Source: an uncultured Ureaplasma sp.
GTDB lineage: Bacteria; Bacillota_I; Bacilli_A; Mycoplasmatales; Mycoplasmoidaceae
DNA: 24,000 nucleotides
Direction: 5' to 3'
Assembly: GCA_944322645.1 (NCBI GenBank)
Contig: CALUPI010000033.1
Coordinates: 1 to 24,000, forward strand
Positions 7,518-16,558 of this stretch are shown here, piece by piece. The notes under the pieces are model-generated. The model saw nothing but the letters and a program-made list of their open reading frames with translations. It was not told where the DNA came from and ran no database searches. The number at the start of each line of letters is the position of its first letter. Position 1 is the stretch's first letter. A program made the translations under genes and the position numbers.

Positions 7518-8610
7518 ATGAGAGAAAAAAATAAATTAAATTGATCAATCATTCTATTATTTTTATTTATTACAACTATAATTATGTTTTATAGTTTTAT
7601 ATCAGCATGATATTTAATAATAATGATTCCTATCATTATATATTTTATAATCACAAAAATAAATAAAAAAATTTGAATTTACTTAATCTTAACAATAATA
7701 ATTGTATGTATATTTTATATAATCCAAAATTATTGGAAATCCAATATTAATATATTTAACAATTATTTATCTAATACAAATTTTTATTCAGGAAGAGATT
7801 GACTATTAAATAAAATAAACCAGCTTTATAAAAATGAATATTCTAATGAATTTATTAAATTATTAATGTTTAATGAAAAAAATTATTATGGAAATTTTTA
7901 TCAAAATGTTAGCAATTTAGGAATTACTTATCTATTTGTAATTTCAGGAATGCATATAAATATAATACTATTACCATTACGTTATATATTTAGAAAAAAA
8001 AATCCATATATTTTATTATTTTTCAATAATTTTTTGTTTTTTATATGGCTATGTTTTACAATATTCAATTAGTCTTCTTAGGATTTTATTGACAAATATT
8101 ATTAGACTATTGAGTAAAAATAAAATCAACAATATTAGTGCAACTATTATTAGTGGTTGAATATTAATAATTTTATTTAATACAATTTGTTATTCATCTA
8201 GTTTTATAATGTCCTATCTAACCACACTATTAATAATTTGAATGAACAAAATTATAAAAAATAGAATTATAATGTTTTTTGCAATTAATGTTTTTTGTTT
8301 TTTATTAACAATACCTATAATATTAAAAATAAATCCAAAAATTAATATTTTTATTTTTTTCTATAATTTATTATTTTGCAACTTAATTTCATTTATATAT
8401 ATCTTTTTATTTATATTTATGTTTATTCCACAATTTGCAATTATTAATGAAAAAATAATCATTTTTCTTCAAGATTTAATAACTTTTTCTAATATTAATT
8501 CTATTTTTATTCATATTTCTAAATTTTTTTCATGATCAAATAGTATATATTTTTCAGCATTTTTAGGGATTTTTTTAATTATTTTGCATAAAAATGAAAA
8601 AAAATTTTAA
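7518..8610 (+). pseudogene. comEC: ComEC/Rec2-family competence membrane channel, interrupted by a +1 frame change in a T-rich tract (pseudogene, sequencing error or slippage-dependent)
   Basis: The frame-0 part runs 7518-8072 (MREKNKLN-W-SIILLF...NLGITYLFVISGMHINIIL..., the ComEC SGxH motif) and ends at TAG 8070-8072. The homologous continuation is in frame +1 from about 8041 to TAA 8608-8610 (...LYGYVLQYSISLLRILLTNII..., equivalent to G.s.S.lRa..m of ComEC). The frames overlap around the T5-G-T6 tract at 8031-8042. Confidence 0.65.
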
Positions 8611-8617
8611 AAAAAAC

Positions 8618-8646
8618 TTGCAAAAAAATGTTTTTTTGTGTATTAT
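8618..8646 (+). promoter_or_regulatory. Sigma-70-type promoter of the mraZ-rsmH operon
   Basis: TTGCAA (8618-8623), an exact 17-nt spacer, then TATTAT (8641-8646). It sits just after the comEC stop and before the MraZ repeats. Confidence 0.55.
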
Positions 8647-8655
8647 TAAATCATA

Positions 8656-8682
8656 CTAGTGGAAGAAAGTGGGGAAATGTGG
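8656..8682 (+). promoter_or_regulatory. Putative MraZ operator: three direct heptamer repeats at 10-bp periodicity
   Basis: CTAGTGG-aag-AAAGTGG-gga-AATGTGG occupies 8656-8662, 8666-8672 and 8676-8682, immediately before the mraZ ATG (8683). It is the same architecture as the direct-repeat MraZ boxes described for E. coli (TGGGN x3) and, as I recall, for Mollicutes (AAAGTG[T/G]-type repeats with 3-nt spacers). Confidence 0.6.
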
Positions 8683-9117
8683 ATGTTATTAGGAACATAT
8701 GAACATTCATTGGATTCTAAAAATCGTCTTACACTTCCATCTGGTGTTCGAAAGAATTTTGACACATTTGTAGTTTTATCTATTGGGATAGACAAATGTG
8801 TTGAAATTAGAACACCTGAAGAATTTAAATCTTATACTAGTATGTTGCAAAAAGTTGGTATTTCAAAAGAAAAGTATCGTACTCTATTAAGAACGGTTTT
8901 AGGTAATTCATTTGAAATTCAAATTGATAGTTCTAATAGAATATTATTACCAAGTATAATGATTGACTTTTGCAACTTAAATAAAAATGTTGTTCTTATT
9001 GGTGTAGGGGACAAGATGGAAGTTTGAAGTGCAGATATATACAATAGCATTAAACGAAAAGAAGATATTAATGCACTTAGTAGTGTTGTAGAAAGCTTAA
9101 ATGATCTAGATGACTAA
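8683..9117 (+). CDS. mraZ: Transcriptional regulator MraZ
   Basis: MLLGTYEHSLDSKNRLTLPSGVRKNF ... a second SpoVT/AbrB-like half IQIDSSNRILLP ... continues through TGA (9025-9027) to TAA 9115-9117 (144 aa). The track ORF begins at GTG 8659, but MLLGT is the typical mollicute MraZ N-terminus. Confidence 0.9.
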
Positions 9118-10045
9118 TACTATTAGTAATAAACACAAAAGTGTTTTATTAGAGTCATCAATAAAAGCTCTAAATATCAAACCCAATGGCGTATATATTG
9201 ATATGACCCTTGGAAGAGGTGGTCACTCAGAACTAATCCTTTCTCATTTGAATTCAGAAGGACGTTTAATTTCAATCGATCAAGATATAGAGGCAATTGA
9301 ATATTGTCAAGAAAAATTCAAAAATGACCCGAGAATTATAATAGTTAAAGACAACTTCGCTAATTTAAAGGCAATGATGACAAATCTAAAAATTGATTTT
9401 GTCGATGGAATTTTGCTAGATCTTGGTGTTTCAAGTCCGCAATTAGACAATTCATATCGAGGATTTAGTTATAAACAAGACGGCCCATTAGATATGCGTA
9501 TGGATCTAAGTAATCAAATGACTGCAAGTGAATTAATAAACAATATGTCAGCATCTGAATTAACTTATATCTTTAAAACTTATGGTGATATAAAGCAACC
9601 ATTCCAGGTTGTAAATAACATAATTAAGTATCGTTCTCAAAAACCAATAAAAACAACCATGGAGTTAGTTGAAATAATTAAAAATTCATTACCAGTTAAG
9701 GAATTATATTTATCAAAACATCCAGCAAAAGTTTATTTTCAAGCATTGAGAATAGCTGTTAATGATGAAATAAATATACTTAAAAAAACAATTGGAGTCG
9801 CGGCCAATTGTTTGAAAAAAGATGGAATTCTTGCAATTATTTCATTTCATTCTTTGGAAGATAAAATTATAGTTGATGAATTTAAAAAATTAAGTAGAAA
9901 TAAAATACCAAATGAAATCCCAATATTATCCCGTGATCAAGACTTCAGAATCTTGAATCCTAGAGCAATCTTACCCTCTGAAACTGAATTGCTCAATAAT
10001 AAAAGATCTCATTCTGCAAAACTAAGATGTTTAAAAAAATTGTAA
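9110..10045 (+). CDS. rsmH: 16S rRNA (cytosine1402-N4)-methyltransferase RsmH (MraW)
   Basis: 311 aa. It has HKSVLL...YIDMTLGRGGHS (SAM-binding motif), DLGVSSPQLD and ISFHSLEDKIV, all RsmH hallmarks. It overlaps the mraZ stop by 8 nt. Confidence 0.94.
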   Translation: MTNTISNKHKSVLLESSIKALNIKPNGVYIDMTLGRGGHSELILSHLNSEGRLISIDQDIEAIEYCQEKFKNDPRIIIVKDNFANLKAMMTNLKIDFVDGILLDLGVSSPQLDNSYRGFSYKQDGPLDMRMDLSNQMTASELINNMSASELTYIFKTYGDIKQPFQVVNNIIKYRSQKPIKTTMELVEIIKNSLPVKELYLSKHPAKVYFQALRIAVNDEINILKKTIGVAANCLKKDGILAIISFHSLEDKIIVDEFKKLSRNKIPNEIPILSRDQDFRILNPRAILPSETELLNNKRSHSAKLRCLKKL

Positions 10046-10369
10046 ATCTATAGTTCCTTCAGAAAGAAATATAAATTAACAATTTAAAATAAAAAAACTT
10101 TCTATTTATATATTATACCCCATATATAGATAAAAATCTTATATAACATACCAAAAACTGTAAATAAACATTATTTAAAAACAATTTTTATAGATACTTA
10201 TATTTAAAAAATTCATAATAATAATCTATATCATTCAGTTTGAAAAATAGTTATAGAATAAACTTTTTATAAATATATTTATAAAAAATTAACCTAGAGT
10301 TTTCTAAAATAATTTTTTAATAAATAATAATTAATAGTTAAATTAAATTAATTACATGTATATTCACAG

Positions 10370-10408
10370 AAACTTATTATAATGAAAAATTATAGTAAGT
10401 TTTTTATT
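10370..10408 (+). terminator. Terminator-like hairpin in the leuS leader region (possible attenuator or terminator of an unannotated transcript)
   Basis: AAACTTATTATAAT (10370-10383) pairs with ATTATAGTAAGTTT (10389-10402) around loop GAAAA. The 14-bp stem has one G-U position and is followed by TTTTATTT. It lies 43 nt upstream of the leuS ATG. Confidence 0.4.
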
Positions 10409-10450
10409 TGTTATAAAATATAATTATTATATTTTTAAGGAATTTAGCAT

Positions 10451-12883
10451 ATGTACAATCATAATAAAATAGAAAAAAAATGACAAGAATATTGACAAAA
10501 AAATCATACATTTAAATTCGTAGATGAAATAAATAAACCAAAATTTTATATTTTAGACATGTTTCCATATCCTTCAGGAGCTGGTTTACATGTTGGACAC
10601 CCAAAAGGATATACTGCCTCTGATGTTATTAGTAGATTTAAAAGATTAAATGGTTATAGTGTTCTTCACCCTATTGGATGAGATGCATTTGGATTACCAG
10701 CAGAACAATATGCTGTTAAAACTAATAATCATCCAAAGGATTTTACTCAACTTAATATTAACAATTTTAGAAAACAATTAATTTCCTTGGGATTTGATTA
10801 TGATTATGATAAGGAAGTAAATACAACTGATCCAAAATACTTTAGATGAACTCAATGAATTTTTATTCAATTATATAAACAAGGTTTGGCTGAAATAAAA
10901 GATATTGATGTAAATTGATGTGAAGGATTGAAGGCAGTATTAGCTAATGAAGAAGTTATCTTAAATAAAGATGGAGAAAGAGTAAGTGAAATTGGTGGCT
11001 TTCCAGTGGTAAGAAAACCAATGAGACAATGAGTTTTAAAAATAACAAAATATGCTGATAAATTAATTGATGGATTAAATGAATTAGATTGACCAGAAAG
11101 TTTAAAAAATATTCAAAGAAAATGAATAGGTAGAACTGAAGGAACAAATATTAATTTTAAAGTGGAAAATAGTGATAATATTATTCAAGTGTTTACAACT
11201 AGAATTGATACAATTTATGGAGTTAGTTACTTAGTTTTATCTCCAAAGCATCCCCTTGTAAAATCATTAACTACGAATGATAATTTGGAAATAGTCAACA
11301 AATATATTGATGAGTATAACAAGTTATCAGACCGTGATATTAAAAAAGATATTAAACATAAATCTGGAGCATTTTTAGGCAGCTATGCAATTAACCCAAT
11401 TAATAATGAAAAAATTCCAATATATATATCAAACTATGTAGTGGCAGGAGTAGGAACTGAAGCTGTAATGGGTGTTCCTGCACATGATGAAAATGATTTT
11501 GAATTTGCTAAATTATTTAATTTACCAATAATTCCAGTAATTAATACAAATAATGAATTACCATACCTTGAAAATGGCAAACACATTAATAGTGGAATAA
11601 TTGATGGATTAGAAAATCCTGAGGCATATAATAAAATGCAAGAATATGTAATTAATAATAATTTGGGAAGTAAACAAGTAAATTATAAATTAAAAGATTG
11701 GATTTTTAGTCGTCAAAGATATTGAGGAGAACCTATTCCAGTACTATTTGATGAAAATAATAATATTGTTTTAGATGAAAACTTACCTTTATTATTACCT
11801 GAATTAACAGATTTTAAGCCTAGTGATAATGGTGAAAGTCCGTTATTAAAGGCAAAAGAATGATTATATGTTAATATTGATGGAAAAATGTATAAAAGAG
11901 ATACTAATACAATGCCACAATGAGCTGGATCATGTTGGTATTATTTGGGTTATTTATTAAAACAACCTAATAATATTTATATTGATTTAAATTCAAACCA
12001 AGCCAAAGAAATATTTAGTAGATGATTACCTGTTGATGTTTATATTGGTGGAGTGGAACATGCAGTATTACATTTATTATATGCAAGATTTTGACATCAT
12101 GTACTATATGATATTGGTGTTGTTGATAAACCTGAACCATTCTTTAAAATGCTTAATCAAGGTTTAATATTAGGTGAAGATGGGGAAAAAATGTCTAAAT
12201 CAAAAGGTAATACTGTAAATTGTAGTGAAATTGTTGAATCTCATGGGGCTGATACACTTAGAGTCTATGAATTATTTATGGGACCATTAACTGTATCAAT
12301 GCCATGAAAAACATCTTCCTTAGATGGTACTAGAAAATGATTAGATAGAGTTTATCGTTTGTATGATATTAATAATAATTCTGATATTATAGTTGAAAAT
12401 GACATAAATAAACTTGATAATGAATTAGTAGTTGCTTATAATAGTTTAGTTAAAAAAATTACTAATGATATGGAAAACTATAGATTTAATATTGCAATAT
12501 CTAATATGATGGTTTTTATTAATCAAGTTTATAAATCAAAACAGTTTAATAATGATATTATGAGCAATTTTGCAATAATATTGTCTTGTTTTGCTCCACA
12601 TTTAGGTGAAGAATTATATCATTTAATTAATCCAAATGCAAATTCAGTTGCATGAGTAACATGACCTAAATTTGATGAATCCAAATTACAAAATGACTAT
12701 GTCAAAATTCCAGTGAATATTAATAATAAAGTTAGAGATGTAATTGAAGTTCCAATTGATTTGAGCGATGATGAATTATTAGCATTAGCATTAAAATCAG
12801 AGAATGTTCAAAAATATATTTCAAATAATCCAATCAAAAAAACAATTATTGTCAAAAATAAAATTATTAATATTATTATTTAG
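10451..12883 (+). CDS. leuS: Leucine--tRNA ligase
   Basis: [21 protein letters not shown]...[18 protein letters not shown] (HIGH motif)...[16 protein letters not shown]...EKMSKSKGN (KMSKS). All track fragments (11162, 12359) share the frame with ATG 10451. It contains many in-frame TGA=Trp codons and ends at TAG 12881-12883 (810 aa). Confidence 0.96.
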
Positions 12884-13091
12884 TAATTAAAATAGTTATT
12901 TTAAATATTCAATAAATATTATAAGAAAATATAGTTTTTTACAATTTTATAAATTTAATTTTAGTCTTGTTTATTTGTAAATAATTAAGTTATTAGATAT
13001 ATTTTTATTTCATTATGATAATTTTTAACATATGATTATAAAATAATAAATATTTTTCTAATATTACAATATATATAATATAATAAATATA

Positions 13092-13172
13092 CTATGTATA
13101 TTGCTACATAGGCGCATTCAAATGGTTTAAGTATAAATTCAATTTATCACCATAGAAGCGATTTTATTTTAG
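13092..13172 (+). promoter_or_regulatory. Possible structured 5' leader of the rplU operon (L21-leader-like)
   Basis: These are the only G/C-containing stretches in a 300-nt AT-rich intergenic region, and they can fold. Hairpin CTATGTA/TACATAG (13092-13111) is followed by a longer stem CGC...ATGGT / ACCAT...GCG just upstream of the SD AGGAGG. A ribosomal-protein L21 leader is known upstream of rplU in Firmicutes. Homology cannot be established by eye. Confidence 0.3.
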
Positions 13173-13183
13173 GAGGATTTTAT

Positions 13184-13483
13184 ATGTTTGCCATTTTTGA
13201 AACTGGCGGAAAGCAATATAAAGTTCAACAAGGTGACACAATTTATGTTGAAAAACTTGAAGTTGCTGATGGACAAGAAATTAAATTTGAAAACATTTTA
13301 ATGGTTGATAATAAGTTTGGACAACCATATGTAAAAGGTGCATCAGTAGTCGCTGTTGTTGAAAAACACGGTAAAAACAAAAAAATTAGAGTAATTAAAT
13401 TTAAATCTAAAAAGCATTACTATAAAAGACAAGGTCATAGACAACCATATACAAAATTAATTATTAAATCTATTAATGCATAA
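13184..13483 (+). CDS. rplU: 50S ribosomal protein bL21
   Basis: MFAIFETGGKQYKVQQGDTIYVEKL... is the canonical L21 N-terminus. 99 aa. The SD AGGAGG lies upstream. Confidence 0.96.
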   Translation: MFAIFETGGKQYKVQQGDTIYVEKLEVADGQEIKFENILMVDNKFGQPYVKGASVVAVVEKHGKNKKIRVIKFKSKKHYYKRQGHRQPYTKLIIKSINA

Positions 13484-13489
13484 TTAAAT

Positions 13490-13798
13490 ATGATCAATAT
13501 TAATTTTTATAAAAATGGTCTTGAAGTTACTGGTCATAGTGAATATGATATAGAAGGAAAAGATATAATTTGTGCTGGTGTTAGTGCAATTGTGATGGGC
13601 TCACTAAATTGATTTAAAGATAATGATAAAATATATGTCAAAAAAGGACACATAAAAATTATTATTAATAATGAAAATCATGATGAATTCAAATATCTTG
13701 AATTACTATATGAACAGTTACTAGCCATGTACCACGGAAATTACAAAAAATATATGAAAATTAATACATTTAATCATGATATTAATAAGAAAGGATAA
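13490..13798 (+). CDS. prp: Ribosomal-processing cysteine protease Prp (YsxB family)
   Basis: [44 protein letters not shown]... has the GH...D.(I/V)CA.VS catalytic His/Cys pattern. It sits between rplU and rpmA as in Firmicutes. 102 aa. It is hidden from the track by TGA at codon 41. Confidence 0.85.
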
Positions 13799-13800
13799 TT

Positions 13801-14091
13801 ATGAATAATAAATTTTTAACTAATCTTCAACTTTTTGCTAGTAAAAAAGGGGTAGGTTCTACTAAAAATGGTCGTGACTCTAATCCTAAGTATTTAGGGG
13901 CTAAAATTGGTGATGGTCAATTTGCAAAAGCTGGACAAATTATTTATCGTCAAAGAGGTAATCGTATTTACCCAGGTAAAAATGTTGGCCAAGGAAAAGA
14001 TCATACTTTATTTGCTTTAACTGATGGAATTGTTAAATACACTAAGTTTTTTGGATGCAAAACTAAAGTTAGTATAATTGATAAAAAATAG
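13801..14091 (+). CDS. rpmA: 50S ribosomal protein bL27 with a cleavable N-terminal extension
   Basis: [35 protein letters not shown]... is the conserved L27 core preceded by the Prp-cleaved propeptide ending ...LQLF|A. Confidence 0.96.
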   Translation: MNNKFLTNLQLFASKKGVGSTKNGRDSNPKYLGAKIGDGQFAKAGQIIYRQRGNRIYPGKNVGQGKDHTLFALTDGIVKYTKFFGCKTKVSIIDKK

Positions 14092-14278
14092 GAATAATTT
14101 TCTATTTTTTATTTTGAATAATAAAAATAATGAATAAAAAAATAAATAAAATAATTTTTATATTATCTTTATATCCATAATATGTTTTGGTGTATGTCTA
14201 TTAATATTTATCCATGTTCATTGATATAAAATTATAGGTTTAGTTTTTGAAATATTAACAATAATATCTGTAGGATTT

Positions 14279-14605
14279 ATGATAATAATTGGTATTATTT
14301 CAGGATTAATATTTATTCTAATAAATTGAAATAATATATACTTGAATAAACCTCAAAATAAATTACTATGAGGTATATTAGCAATTTTTCCACTATTTAC
14401 AATAGCAAGTTTAATTTTTAGTTCTATTGTAAGTAATGTATATTCAACTAACAATATTGAATATTTATATAAGAATTTAATCAAAAACAAGCAATGTAGA
14501 ACTACATATGAAATATTAATAGAACTAAATAAATTATATAAAAGTGGAATTATCAATGAAAAAGAATATAATAAACAAAAAGAAAAAATATTAGGGAAAT
14601 CCTAA
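14279..14605 (+). CDS. SHOCT-domain membrane protein (minimal ORF; probably the 3' part of a frameshifted gene starting at ATG 14130)
   Basis: The frame is open from 14150 to TAA 14603-14605. It has TM segments (LVFEILTIISVGFMIIIGIISGLIFILIN-W-..., LL-W-GILAIFPLFTIASLIFSSIV) and a C-terminal YEILIELNKLYKSGIINEKEYNKQKEKIL, typical of a SHOCT domain. The first in-frame ATG is at 14279. An upstream ATG 14130 ORF (MNKKINKIIFILSLYP*) is in a different frame. Track ORF 14353-14556(-) is the antisense shadow. Confidence 0.5.
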
Positions 14606-14621
14606 TATTATTTTTTTAAAA

Positions 14622-14701
14622 TGGGGCGACTAACGGGGCTCGAACCCGTGAAAATACCTGAGTCACAGTCAGGCGTGTTAACCAACTTCACCATAATCGC
14701 C
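14622..14701 (-). tRNA. tRNA-His (anticodon GTG) with encoded G-1 and CCA
   Basis: The reverse complement is GGCGATTATGGTGAAGTTGGTTAACACGCCTGACTGTGACTCAGGTATTTTCACGGGTTCGAGCCCCGTTAGTCGCCCCA. The acceptor stem is GCGATTA/TAGTCGC with an extra 5' G pairing C73 (a His identity element). The anticodon arm is CCTGA-CTGTGAC-TCAGG, the T-arm is ACGGG-TTCGAGC-CCCGT, and it ends in a 3' CCA. The variable region looks slightly long (7 nt) by my hand fold. Confidence 0.85.
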
Positions 14702-14773
14702 ATATATACAAAATAATTATACTTTAATTTATATTTAAAATTTATTTTTTTTAAATAGTGCTAAAATTATTAT

Positions 14774-16516
14774 ATGTTTTCAAATAAAAATATTCAATAC
14801 TTTAAATCTAATAAATATCAAAAAGTTTCCTTAAATTTATTAAAGGATTTTTTGCGTGAAAGTATAATTTTTGTTGTATTTTGATTTTTAAATGGATTAA
14901 TACCAATTCTAATATGTTTAATATCAGCAAGCATTAATCAATATGGAGCATATTTTGTTTTAGGTATTGGTTATATTACTGCCTTTCAATTAGCATATGT
15001 ACAAATTGGTTGAGTTGTATCAATTGCAATATTATATGTAATTAAAAAGATGGCCACCGATCCAATTAATAGTGCAAATTATAAAAAATTATATTTTAAT
15101 GCATTTATAACTATGTCAATAATTGCATTTGGATTAATACCATTATTTTTTGGTCCATCATTTATTTATAATTATTTTGCTAATAATCATGTAAATACAA
15201 TTATTTCTCAAGAAATTGCTAAAAACTATATTTACGGACTATTGATATATATTGGTGTAAACGTCATAATAAGTTTTATTACTATGAATATCCATACTAA
15301 GCATGGTTTAAAATTATCACTACCTATTCTAATCGGTTCCAATGTTATAATAATTGGATTGTGTGCAATACTAACATTACTTGTTCAATATGATGATATT
15401 CAAACACATGCATTAATGATAGGTATGTCAATTAGTATTGGTTCATTGATATCATTAATATTATTAATTATAATTTCATGATTTTTTGGTGATATAAGAG
15501 ACTTATTTCAAAAATTTGACTCACCAACATTTAAATTTTTATTTAAATCAATTTTTAAACAAGCTGCATCTGTATTAAGTATTCAAGTAATTAAAGGAAT
15601 AGTATTAATAGGTTTAGGAATTGCTATTAGTGCAACTATGAATATGACATCACCTATGGGGTATCAATTATCTAGAGTAGTTTGATATAATTATCTATAC
15701 TTAATCCCATTTTTAGGTTATGGTCTAGGTGATGCAATGATGTTTTATGGAATGAGAAAAAATATTACTACATCATACAAAAATTTACATTGAAATGTAT
15801 CTATATTGATAACAATGACAATAATCCTTCAAATTGGGATTGCAATAGGTTTATACTTTACTATAGAGCCGTTATGTTCTTATTATGTAAGATATAAAGA
15901 AATTGATTGTTCATATATTAATTTAAATAATGTGGATTTAATCTATACTATGAACTTTATTGCTAATAAACTTAATTTAACCCAAGCACAATTAGATCGT
16001 ATTATTAATTTAATTAATTGATGTAATAAACATCCAACTATTGGTGAACCAATATTAAATGTAATGAAAATAGCAATTGTACAAATTTTATCAAATAATA
16101 ATATGACTGGTTCAGGGTTAAGTAGTTATTTAGTTTTAAACAATAAAGCTTATATTTATATATCAATATATTCAGTCTGCTATTCTTCGGCAATTTTAAT
16201 TAATAATATTACATTATCATCAAAGCATCGTTATTCAAATACCTTTGAAACCATTTTTCTAATTGTTATGCAGGCAATTGTTATTAGTTCTGTTGTAGCT
16301 ATGGGAGTAGAATTACAATCAACAAGTAAAACTTTTCCATACTTAGATGCGTGATCATTTCCATTAGCAGTTGCTGGTGCTGGAGCATTTATTATGTATA
16401 TTGTAATGTATCTAATAAATGTAAATAAAATTAAAAAGCAAGACAAAAACAAAACTGGAATTTATAAAATAAATACTTGAAATCAAAATCCAAAAGATAT
16501 AGTGATTGATATCTAA
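14774..16516 (+). CDS. Polytopic membrane transporter, MATE/MOP-superfamily-like
   Basis: ATG 14774 and track ORFs 15050, 15806 and 16064 share one frame, joined through seven TGA codons, to TAA 16514-16516 (580 aa). It has at least 12 predicted hydrophobic helices in two halves. Family assignment rests on topology and size resemblance to mollicute MATE annotations only. Confidence 0.6.
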
Positions 16517-16523
16517 ACATATT

Positions 16524-16558
16524 AAAACCTTAACAACGAAAATTTGTTAAGGTTTTTT
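16524..16558. terminator. Strong bidirectional intrinsic terminator between convergent genes
   Basis: AAAACCTTAACAA (16524-16536) pairs with TTGTTAAGGTTTT (16544-16556), a perfect 13-bp stem flanked by an A-run and a T-run. It can therefore terminate both the MATE-like gene (+) and the 16557-17477 gene (-). Confidence 0.8.

Noticed and set aside
10055-10090. Possible dif/Xer site or oriC elements in the rsmH-leuS gap (TAGTTCCTTCAGAAAGAAATATAAATTAAC; 24-bp AT palindrome at 10264-10287)
   Set aside because: The region has only a loose resemblance to the Firmicute dif consensus. I found no DnaA-box (TTATCCACA-like) words. Perfect A/T palindromes are not surprising in DNA this AT-rich.
10046-10450. 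T-box riboswitch upstream of leuS
   Set aside because: There is no GC-containing T-box consensus (AA..GGGTGGTACCGCG-like) and no specifier-loop architecture. The region is almost pure A/T apart from one hairpin.
14086-14112. Terminator after rpmA (ATAGGAA-taa-TTTTCTAT + T-run)
   Set aside because: The stem is only about 7 bp with a G-U pair and is very AT-rich. It may be functional but is too weak to list as a feature.
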